64,000 nt of DNA. Origin: Elusimicrobiota bacterium. Its GTDB lineage: Bacteria > Elusimicrobiota > Elusimicrobia > UBA1565. The notes under the pieces were generated by a model, which saw only the letters and a list, made by a program, of their open reading frames with translations, was not told where the DNA came from and did no database searches. Below, one piece after another: positions 19,616 through 27,344 of the stretch (position 1 is the first letter of the stretch; every line of letters starts with the position of its first letter). Location: assembly GCA_043827405.1 (NCBI GenBank), contig JBDRPD010000053.1, positions 64,001 through 128,000 of the forward strand. The letters are read 5' to 3'. The position numbers and the translations under genes are program-made.

Positions 19616-20782
19616 ATGAGAAAAGCGCAAATCGACTATATGCTGGGAAGGATGCTGCGCTCCTTTTCCGGCGTCTCGGACCTAAACATCTCGGTCGACC
19701 GGCCGCTGCAGGTCGAATCATCGGGCCAGCTGATGAAGGTGCCCATTCAGCCCGACATCGAAAAACTGACCCCGTTTCAGACCGAGGTTTTTGCCCTCAA
19801 CCTCATCCATAACGACCAGCGCCTGTTCAAAAAACTCCTCGAAGAAGGCTCCTGCGACAGCTCGTACGCCTTAGCCGACGCCCGGTTCCGCGTGAACATC
19901 TTCTCCCAGCGGGGCAAGTACTCGATCGTACTGCGCAAGCTGGAGACCCGGATCGCGACCCTGAAGGACCTCAACATGCCGGACGCCTTCTACAAAATGC
20001 CCAAGGAGAAGAACGGGCTCGTCCTGGTGACCGGAGCCACCGGCAGCGGCAAGTCGACGTCGCTGGCGGCGCTCCTGCGCGAGCTCAACGAAACCCAGTC
20101 GATCCACATCGTTACGCTTGAGGACCCGGTCGAGTTCGTGCACCGGAATATCAAGGCGACGTTCAACCAGCGCGAGCTCGGCGGCGATTTCGACACTTTC
20201 TCCAGCGGCCTGCGCGCCGCGCTGCGCCAGGGGCCGAAGGTCATCCTCGTCGGCGAGATGCGCGATCGCGAGACCGTCGAGCTGGGGATGAAAGCCGCCG
20301 AGACCGGCCACCTCGTAGTCAGCACTTTGCACACCATAGACGCCGGGCAGACGATCAACCGCATCGTCGGCATGTTCAGCCAGGAGGAGGAGCTGCAGGT
20401 CCGCCAGCGTCTCGCCGAGACGATCCGCTGGATTGTCGGCCAGCGTCTGGTGCCGAAGACCGGGGGCGGCCGCCTGGCCATCCATGACATCCTGGGCAAC
20501 AATATGCGGACCAAGGAGTCCATTCTGCAGGGCGAATGCGAGGGCAAGACCTTCTACGAAATCCAGGAGGCGAGCCAGGCCTTCGGCATGCAGACCTTCG
20601 ACCAAGCGCTGATCGCGGCTTTCGAGAAGAATCTGGTTTCCAAAGAAAACGCCGAGCTCTACGCGACCCATAAGCCGGTCGTCCAGCGCGGAATCGACCG
20701 CATTAAGCAGGGCCGCGGCGAGAAGACAACCGAGATCGAGGGCCTGGTCCTTGAATCCGAAGCGGAAGGGGCCGCGGTATAA
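19616..20782 (+). CDS. PilT/PilU-family ATPase (second paralog)
   Basis: GATGSGKS, EDPVE, LRQGP, GEMRD, GHLVVSTLH, GMQTFDQ. Confidence 0.88.
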   Translation: MRKAQIDYMLGRMLRSFSGVSDLNISVDRPLQVESSGQLMKVPIQPDIEKLTPFQTEVFALNLIHNDQRLFKKLLEEGSCDSSYALADARFRVNIFSQRGKYSIVLRKLETRIATLKDLNMPDAFYKMPKEKNGLVLVTGATGSGKSTSLAALLRELNETQSIHIVTLEDPVEFVHRNIKATFNQRELGGDFDTFSSGLRAALRQGPKVILVGEMRDRETVELGMKAAETGHLVVSTLHTIDAGQTINRIVGMFSQEEELQVRQRLAETIRWIVGQRLVPKTGGGRLAIHDILGNNMRTKESILQGECEGKTFYEIQEASQAFGMQTFDQALIAAFEKNLVSKENAELYATHKPVVQRGIDRIKQGRGEKTTEIEGLVLESEAEGAAV

Positions 20783-20785
20783 ACC

Positions 20786-21466
20786 ATGAATATCACCTGC
20801 AAATCCTGTGCCGCAGAGCTAAACCTGCCGGACGACAAGATCCCCCAGAACATTCCCCGCATCACCGTAAAGTGCCCGAAGTGCCAGCAGCCGATCGTGA
20901 TCGAGTTCAATAAGCCGGCCGCCCAAGCGCCCGCGGCCGCGCCGCCCACTGAGGATATCCCTCAGCCGGCCGCCCCGCCGCCGCCCGCCGAGCCCCCGCC
21001 GGAAGAGGAGTTCGACGAAATCGAAGGCCTCGCGGAAGGCGACCGCCTGGCCATGGTCTGCTTTGACGACTCCGCGGCCCGGGACGCGGCAAAGAAGGCG
21101 CTGGAGAACCTTGCGTATGCCGTGCACACCCCCGCCAAGCCGGCGGAGGGAGTCTTCTGGCTGCGGCGCTATAAATACGAGGTCGTCCTCGTCCACCGCG
21201 ACTATGGCGGCTCGGAAGCGGAGAATCCGGTGCTGCGGTACCTGCGGCCGCTGGCGATGTTGCACCGCCGGGAAATGTGCGTCGGGCTGGTCGGCAAGGA
21301 CATAAAGACCCTCGACAATATGACGGCTTTCGCCAAGAGCGCGAACTTTGTCATCGCCGAGGGAGACCTGGAAAAGCTCGAGGATATCACGCGCAAGACC
21401 GTGGCGGATAACGACAAGTTCTATCGACCATTCAAAGAAGCGCTGCGTGAAGCGGGCAAGGTTTAG
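20786..21466 (+). CDS. MJ0042-type zinc-ribbon protein with C-terminal receiver-like domain
   Basis: CKSC…CPKC N-terminal finger, Pro-rich linker, alpha/beta C-terminal domain; follows the pilT pair. Confidence 0.7.
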   Translation: MNITCKSCAAELNLPDDKIPQNIPRITVKCPKCQQPIVIEFNKPAAQAPAAAPPTEDIPQPAAPPPPAEPPPEEEFDEIEGLAEGDRLAMVCFDDSAARDAAKKALENLAYAVHTPAKPAEGVFWLRRYKYEVVLVHRDYGGSEAENPVLRYLRPLAMLHRREMCVGLVGKDIKTLDNMTAFAKSANFVIAEGDLEKLEDITRKTVADNDKFYRPFKEALREAGKV

Positions 21467-21477
21467 CCAAGGATAAT

Positions 21478-22305
21478 ATGCTGTTTGTCGACAAGCTCAA
21501 GCTCCTAAAAGCCATCCCCATGCTGCACCGCCTCCCGGACCGGCAGCTCACGACTCTGGGCGGATTTCTGCGGCCCCGCGAGCTCAAGCACGGCGAGGTC
21601 CTGTTTCAGGAAGGCTCCATGGGGATGAGCCTGTATTTCGTATCGCGCGGCCAGATCCGGATCTCGATGCACGTCGCCGGCGATGAGCACCAGGACCTGG
21701 CGTTCTTCAACCCCGGAATCCTGTTCGGCGAGGCGGCGCTGATCGATAAGTCCACCCGCAGCGCGAGCGCCAGCGCCGTCGGCGACACGCTGCTGTTCGA
21801 GCTCTTCCGCGGAGACCTGGACCGCTGGGCCAAACAGAACCCGCAGCATGCGGTGCAGTTCTTCGCCGAGCTGGTGCACGTCCAGTCGACACGCCTGCGC
21901 CGGACCTCGACCGAGCTCACTTTACACTCGGTGCTGGCGAACCTTATGCTCGACGACAGCGAGTCCGAGCAGGAGTTCATGGCCAAGGTCATCGACGGCA
22001 TTCTGCCGCACCTGGAAGACGGGTGGTCGGCGGCGGCGCAGCTGGACGGTCAAGCCCTGGTCTCGCAGGGCGGCTTCGATTTCACGCCGGTCGCCGAACA
22101 GCTCGGCGAGACCGTGGCCAAGGGCGGCGCCTGGTACGATGACTCGACCTACCATGTCACGCTGCTGGGGGGCGGGGACGTTCTCGGCCGCCTGATCTTC
22201 CATGCGCCCGCCGTGCTGCAGAAAGAGGATCAGGACGAAATCGGCCGGACGCTGAGCGGCGCTTCGCGCATGGTTTCGATCGCGCTCCGAGCCCGGCGGC
22301 CCTGA
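21478..22305 (+). CDS. Cyclic nucleotide-binding domain protein
   Basis: LFQEG…LYFVSRGQI…FGEAALI…RSASA cNMP motif; no evident C-terminal HTH. Confidence 0.8.
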   Translation: MLFVDKLKLLKAIPMLHRLPDRQLTTLGGFLRPRELKHGEVLFQEGSMGMSLYFVSRGQIRISMHVAGDEHQDLAFFNPGILFGEAALIDKSTRSASASAVGDTLLFELFRGDLDRWAKQNPQHAVQFFAELVHVQSTRLRRTSTELTLHSVLANLMLDDSESEQEFMAKVIDGILPHLEDGWSAAAQLDGQALVSQGGFDFTPVAEQLGETVAKGGAWYDDSTYHVTLLGGGDVLGRLIFHAPAVLQKEDQDEIGRTLSGASRMVSIALRARRP

Positions 22306-22313
22306 CCGGCGTC

Positions 22314-22970
22314 GTGAGCGTCAAGCTCCCCCCAAAACGCGCCGCCCTATTCGACCTGGACGGAACCTTGGTCGACACCGAACCCATTCACTGCGCGAGC
22401 ACCAACCGCGTCCTTGAGCCGCTCGGCGCCCGCATGACCTACGAGGAAACGTTCCAGTATATCGGCTGGTCCGAGATACCCTTCTGGGAGGACCTCGTCC
22501 GCCGCTTCAACCTGCGCGTCGATCCCCATGAGCTCAAAGCCCGCCGCTCCGCGGCCTATATCGAGCTGATAGGGAGCGGCAGGCTTGAGCCGCTGCCGGG
22601 CGCACGGGAGCTGCTGCGAGCCTGCCGCGCCGCCGGGATGCCCTGCGCCATCGCCTCCTCCTCGCCGCGCGAACAGATCGCGGCGAATTTACGGGCCTCC
22701 GGACTGGCCGACTTCTTCCAGGCGACGATCTCCGGACATGACGATGTCGAGCGCGGCAAGCCCCATCCGGACATCTACCTGGCGGCGGCCGCCGCCGTCG
22801 GCGTCGCCGCCGCGGAGGCGGTAGCCTTCGAGGACACGGTGACCGGGGTGCGTTCCGCGAGCGCGGCCGGCTGTCTGGTCGTTCTCATCCCCCGGCCCTA
22901 CACCGGCGGGTTGGAAGGGCTCCAGCCGGACTTCGCGGTCGCAAGCCTCGCGGATATCGAGCTCGGCTAA
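22314..22970 (+). CDS. HAD-superfamily phosphatase (beta-PGM-like)
   Basis: FDLDGTLVD, ASSS, GKPHPDIY, FEDT. Confidence 0.9.
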   Translation: MSVKLPPKRAALFDLDGTLVDTEPIHCASTNRVLEPLGARMTYEETFQYIGWSEIPFWEDLVRRFNLRVDPHELKARRSAAYIELIGSGRLEPLPGARELLRACRAAGMPCAIASSSPREQIAANLRASGLADFFQATISGHDDVERGKPHPDIYLAAAAAVGVAAAEAVAFEDTVTGVRSASAAGCLVVLIPRPYTGGLEGLQPDFAVASLADIELG

Positions 22971-24382
22971 TCCCGCCCTGCGGCGGGACCGTCCGCCGTC
23001 AGCGCCCGGTAAACATTCTCCGCCATGATCTCGTAGCCGGCGGGAGTTAGATGGTCGTTATCCTCGAGATAGGCTTCCCGTCCGCCCTTTTCGAGCAGTC
23101 CCGCGAAGTGCTTCCGGTTGTCCACCAGCATGAGACCATGCTTGCGTGCGACCTCCGCGAGCACCCGGTTGGCGCTCTTGTACTCTACCGGATAGTTCTG
23201 CAGCACGACCCGGATGCCGCGCTCCCGGCTCAGGCGGACGATCTCGTCCCAGGCCTCCATGCGCCGGCGGTCGACGTAGCGATCCATAGCGTCGCGATCG
23301 GACAGGTATTTGCGGAAGTTAACGAACATCCCGTTGCCCAGCAGGCCGGGATGCTTGGCGGCGCCCGCATCGAGAACCCGCAGCACATCCTCGGCCGTAT
23401 ACTTGCTCTGCAGCTGATAGGTCTGCACGAAGAAGTAGCTCGCCGTATCGAACTCCGGCGTCCAGAACGCCGCGGGGAACTTCTCCGCCATATCCAGCAG
23501 CAGCGCGAAGAACTTGTCGTAGCGCGCTCGCGGCGTATAAACGACGCTCGCATAGTCGGCCAGAAACGAGGCGAAGTCGGCGGCCGAGCGCATATCCAAA
23601 TCGTCATGCGACGTCTCCTCCCGCGAGAAGGCCTGATGGATCTCGTCCACCAGCGCGGGCGCGAGCGGCTTGGCCTGATCCCCGCCCATGTCCCGCGTAT
23701 GCGCGGCGTAGACCCCCAGCAGGGTCGCGAGCCGCTTCTCCATGGACAACCCCTCTTCCTCGCCGTCCGCGTCCGCGCCGTAGCGCGCCAGCCAGCTCAA
23801 TTTGATGTGACGCCAAACTTTGTACAGGCGCAAAGTATAGACCCAGCCCGCCGGCAGCACATCCGCCCAAGAGGTGTCGTCGGCCGTCATCTTCTTCTCC
23901 ACCAGCGGCAGGTTGAATAAATCAGCGGCGCCGACGAGCACCACGATGGTATCCGGACCCCGGCCCTCCGGGTTTTCCGCCAAATAGCGCTTGAGCTTGG
24001 CCGCCACGCCGAAGGTGCTCTCTTCGCATTTCGCGATATTGTAAACCGCCGCGCGCGCGCCGGAGTCGGCGAAGCGCCGGTAGAGATAGTAGGGGTAGCT
24101 GTGGTAGCTTTTGACGTTGCCGGCATTGGTCAATGAATCGCCGAAGGTCAGGATCAGGCGGCCCCGGCCGCGGCCGTCGCGGTAGCGCTCGAACGCCGAA
24201 TCCGAATCGGCGATGGCGTCATCATACGGCGGGGTAAACGCCGCCGTCCGGCCGGCGGTCACGGCATAGCCGGCGGCGCGCAGGCCGAGCTCCAGCAGCG
24301 TCAAGCTCAGCAGCAGGCTGACGAAGAAAATCCCGAGCTTTACGGCCGGGGAATCCCGATATTTGGAAATCAGCTTCTTCAC
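22967..24382 (-). CDS. Membrane-anchored SGNH/GDSL-family protein (paralog 5)
   Basis: GTG start at 24382 (VKKLISKYRDSPAVKL aligns with the paralog N-termini); GDSLT, NIAKCEESTFG, VGAAD, DNDH. Confidence 0.8.
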   Translation of the reverse strand: MKKLISKYRDSPAVKLGIFFVSLLLSLTLLELGLRAAGYAVTAGRTAAFTPPYDDAIADSDSAFERYRDGRGRGRLILTFGDSLTNAGNVKSYHSYPYYLYRRFADSGARAAVYNIAKCEESTFGVAAKLKRYLAENPEGRGPDTIVVLVGAADLFNLPLVEKKMTADDTSWADVLPAGWVYTLRLYKVWRHIKLSWLARYGADADGEEEGLSMEKRLATLLGVYAAHTRDMGGDQAKPLAPALVDEIHQAFSREETSHDDLDMRSAADFASFLADYASVVYTPRARYDKFFALLLDMAEKFPAAFWTPEFDTASYFFVQTYQLQSKYTAEDVLRVLDAGAAKHPGLLGNGMFVNFRKYLSDRDAMDRYVDRRRMEAWDEIVRLSRERGIRVVLQNYPVEYKSANRVLAEVARKHGLMLVDNRKHFAGLLEKGGREAYLEDNDHLTPAGYEIMAENVYRALTADGPAAGRD

Positions 24383-24423
24383 AGGAACGGAGTCCGACGC
24401 CGACTTATTGTATCCTATCGCTG

Positions 24424-25230
24424 ATGCGACCGCCAACGAAGCTCAAGACCGCCGCCGCCTGCGCCCTGGCCGTCCTGCTGCTCGGCGCCTGCGGCCGGAC
24501 GCAGGAAGAGCTCACCCGGGACCTCTACGAAGCCGCGGCGGTCGGCGATGCCGAGGACGTGCGCCGTCTGCTGCGCAAAAATCCGGCGCTGGCCAAAGGC
24601 TCCGATATCGTTTTCACCCGCAAGTCCCCTCTGCACGTGGCGAGCGAGCGCGAGGTGGTAACGGCGCTGCTGGAAGCCGGCGCCGACATCAACGCGGTCG
24701 ACGTCATGGGGCTGACGCCGCTGCATACGGCCAAGCGGCCCGAGATCGTCGACATCCTGATCGCGGCGGGCGCCGACGTGAAGGCGCAGGGAGCGGTCGG
24801 CGCGACGCCGCTGCATATGGCGACTTTCCCCAATGTCGCCCAAGCCCTGCTGAAGCACGGCGCCGACATCGAGGCGATGTCGCGGGACCGCGGCACCCCG
24901 CTCTACTCGCAGACGCTCGACGGCCGCTTCAGCATCGTCGAGATGCTGCTGCATGACGGCGCGGACGTCGCGCGCGCCGAGCCGTCCAGCGGGCGCACGC
25001 CCCTGCACGCCGCCGCCGCCGCGGGCTCCACGGATATCGTCGAACTGCTGCTGCGCTCCCGCGCCGACATCAACGCCAAGGACAAGGCCGGAGATACCCC
25101 GCTATGCGCCGCCGTTCGCGGCGACCAGCTCTTCACCGCCCGCCTGCTGCTGAATAAGGGCGCGCGGAAAGGGCAAGCGGGCGAGCTCGCGAAAAGCCCG
25201 GAGATGAAGCGGCTCTTCGGCGCCAAATGA
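24424..25230 (+). CDS. Ankyrin-repeat lipoprotein
   Basis: Lipobox LLGAC; repeated TPLH…GADVN/GADIN ankyrin units; stop overlaps the next ATG. Confidence 0.88.
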   Translation: MRPPTKLKTAAACALAVLLLGACGRTQEELTRDLYEAAAVGDAEDVRRLLRKNPALAKGSDIVFTRKSPLHVASEREVVTALLEAGADINAVDVMGLTPLHTAKRPEIVDILIAAGADVKAQGAVGATPLHMATFPNVAQALLKHGADIEAMSRDRGTPLYSQTLDGRFSIVEMLLHDGADVARAEPSSGRTPLHAAAAAGSTDIVELLLRSRADINAKDKAGDTPLCAAVRGDQLFTARLLLNKGARKGQAGELAKSPEMKRLFGAK

Positions 25231-27332
25231 GATTCGCCGCGCTCTTGGCGCTGCTGCTCGCCGGTCCCGCCGCGGCGGGAGAACTCGCGCCGCTGCCGCC
25301 CGTACCGGAGCTGGACAGCGCAGAGGTCGCGCTCGGCCGCACGCTGTTTTTCGACTTCCGCCTCTCCGGCGACGCCACCACGGCCTGCTCGATGTGCCAC
25401 AACCCGGACTATGCCTACACCGACGGCCTGGAGCTGTCCGAAGGCTATCCTTCGACGCTGTATTTCCGCAATACCCCCACCACCTTTAATACGAGCTTCA
25501 AACAGCACCTGTACTGGGACGGCCGCTTCCCCGCCAGCGACCTTAATTCGGTAATCCGGGACCATCTATCCGAGGCGCATTTCATGCAGGCGGACGGACG
25601 GCTGCTGGTCGAGCGCCTGCGGCAAATCCCGGATTACGTCCGTGACTTTCAAAATGTCTACGGCGGCGAGCCGGACTACGGCAAGCTGCTCAAGGCCCTG
25701 ACGGCCTTCGTCAACTCGCAGGTCTCCAAGGATGTTCCGCTCGACCGCTATCTTAAGGGCGACAAAGGAGCGCTCAGCGCGCCGGCGAAGCGCGGCCTGG
25801 AATTATTCAGCGGCAAGGGCGGCTGCATCCGCTGCCATTCCGGCCCCCTGCTCTCCGACGGAAAATTCCATGACCGCAAGGTCCCGGACAATCCCGAAAT
25901 CATTCGCTCGCCCCGGCGGCAGATCGTCTTCCGGCGCTTTTTCCGCACGCTGGGCATCGTCGGCTACCAAAACCTCAAGCGGGATCTCGGCCTGTACGCC
26001 GTAACCAAGAAGCCGGAGGACACGGGGAAATTCAAAACCCCCAGCCTCCGCGAGGCCGCGCGCACCGCCCCGTACATGCATAACGGCTCGCTCAAGACGC
26101 TGGGCGAGGCGGTCGCTTTCGAGGGGCCGGAACTCAGCGCCGGCGAGCGCGAGGACGTAGTGGAGTTCATTAAGGCGCTCAGCGGGAGCGCGGAGCCGGA
26201 CGAACGGCCGCGGGTGCCCTCCTATGCGGCGCTGCCCCTGGAAGAAGCCGCTCGCCCCCCCGCGCCGCCGGCCGCCGCGCCGAAGAAGAAAAAGCCGGCG
26301 CCGCTGGCCCCCCTGCCGCCCGTCCCCGTACCGCCGGACAATCCGCAGACCCCCGCCAAGGTGGAGCTCGGACAGATGCTCTTCTTCGACACCCGCATAT
26401 CGGGCAACCGCGAGAACTCCTGCGCCACCTGCCACAACCCTGAAGCCGGGTGGGGCGACGGCTACGATATCGCGCATGGCTACCTCGGAGCGCAGCATTG
26501 GCGCAACTCACAGACTTTGCTCAACTCGGCCTATTACGCCAAGCTGGAATGGGACGGCGGCCGGACTACGCTCGAGGAGCAGGCGCGCGGAGCGATCCTA
26601 TCCAACATTAACGCCAACGGCGATCCGGCGATGATCGAGGAGCGTCTCGCGCAGGCCCCGATCTACGTGGAGAAGTTCCGAGCGGTCTTCGGCACGGACC
26701 GGCCGCATTTCGAGGATATGATCAAAGCCATCGCCGCCTTCGAACGCGCCGCGCCCGTTTCGCGGGACACTCCTTTCGACGCCTACCTGCGGGGGGACAA
26801 GCGGGCGCTCACGCCGGAAGCCCGCCGCGGTCTGCGGCTGTTCAAGGGCAAGGCCGGCTGCTTCCGCTGCCATAACGGCCCCTTGCTGTCGGACGAGGAC
26901 TACCACGCCACCGGCGTCCCGGACAATCCGGCCTTCCGCCGGGATCCGCTCAAACAGATCACCATGCGCTACATTCTGGCTTCGCAGGGCGTGCCGGAGG
27001 ACTTCTACCGCACGGCGGCAAGGGATCCCGGACTGTACCTGATCACCAAGCGCGAACACGACATCGGGAAGTTCCGCACCCCGAGCCTGCGCGAGCTCAA
27101 GCACACGGCGCCCTATATGCATAACGGCGTCTTTGCGACGCTGCGCAATGTGTTAGACTTTTACGATCGCGGCGGCGGGGATTTCGCCGGCAAGACGCCC
27201 CTGTTGCTGCCGCTGCGTCTTACGGACAAGGAGAAAACGGACCTCGTCGCCTTTCTCGAGTCGCTCAGCGGCGAACCCGTGCTGGTCAAGGCGCCCGAGC
27301 TTCCCGGCTATCCGGGCTCGACGCATAAATAG
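25227..27332 (+). CDS. Tandem di-heme cytochrome c peroxidase (two CCP/MauG units fused; IdrP1-P2-like)
   Basis: Signal peptide; two units, each with LG..LFFD.R.SG, CxxCH, RN(T/S), WDG, second CxxCH, F(K/R)TPSLR, APYMHNG; hemes CSMCH, CIRCH, CATCH, CFRCH; Pro/Ala/Lys linker. Confidence 0.9.
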   Translation: MRFAALLALLLAGPAAAGELAPLPPVPELDSAEVALGRTLFFDFRLSGDATTACSMCHNPDYAYTDGLELSEGYPSTLYFRNTPTTFNTSFKQHLYWDGRFPASDLNSVIRDHLSEAHFMQADGRLLVERLRQIPDYVRDFQNVYGGEPDYGKLLKALTAFVNSQVSKDVPLDRYLKGDKGALSAPAKRGLELFSGKGGCIRCHSGPLLSDGKFHDRKVPDNPEIIRSPRRQIVFRRFFRTLGIVGYQNLKRDLGLYAVTKKPEDTGKFKTPSLREAARTAPYMHNGSLKTLGEAVAFEGPELSAGEREDVVEFIKALSGSAEPDERPRVPSYAALPLEEAARPPAPPAAAPKKKKPAPLAPLPPVPVPPDNPQTPAKVELGQMLFFDTRISGNRENSCATCHNPEAGWGDGYDIAHGYLGAQHWRNSQTLLNSAYYAKLEWDGGRTTLEEQARGAILSNINANGDPAMIEERLAQAPIYVEKFRAVFGTDRPHFEDMIKAIAAFERAAPVSRDTPFDAYLRGDKRALTPEARRGLRLFKGKAGCFRCHNGPLLSDEDYHATGVPDNPAFRRDPLKQITMRYILASQGVPEDFYRTAARDPGLYLITKREHDIGKFRTPSLRELKHTAPYMHNGVFATLRNVLDFYDRGGGDFAGKTPLLLPLRLTDKEKTDLVAFLESLSGEPVLVKAPELPGYPGSTHK

Positions 27333-27344
27333 CGGCAGCATACG

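Noticed and set aside
321..24382. Similar DNA among SGNH genes as a diversity-generating retroelement or repeat array
   Set aside because: Similarity follows conserved protein motifs; no reverse transcriptase and no adenine-specific template/variable pair seen.
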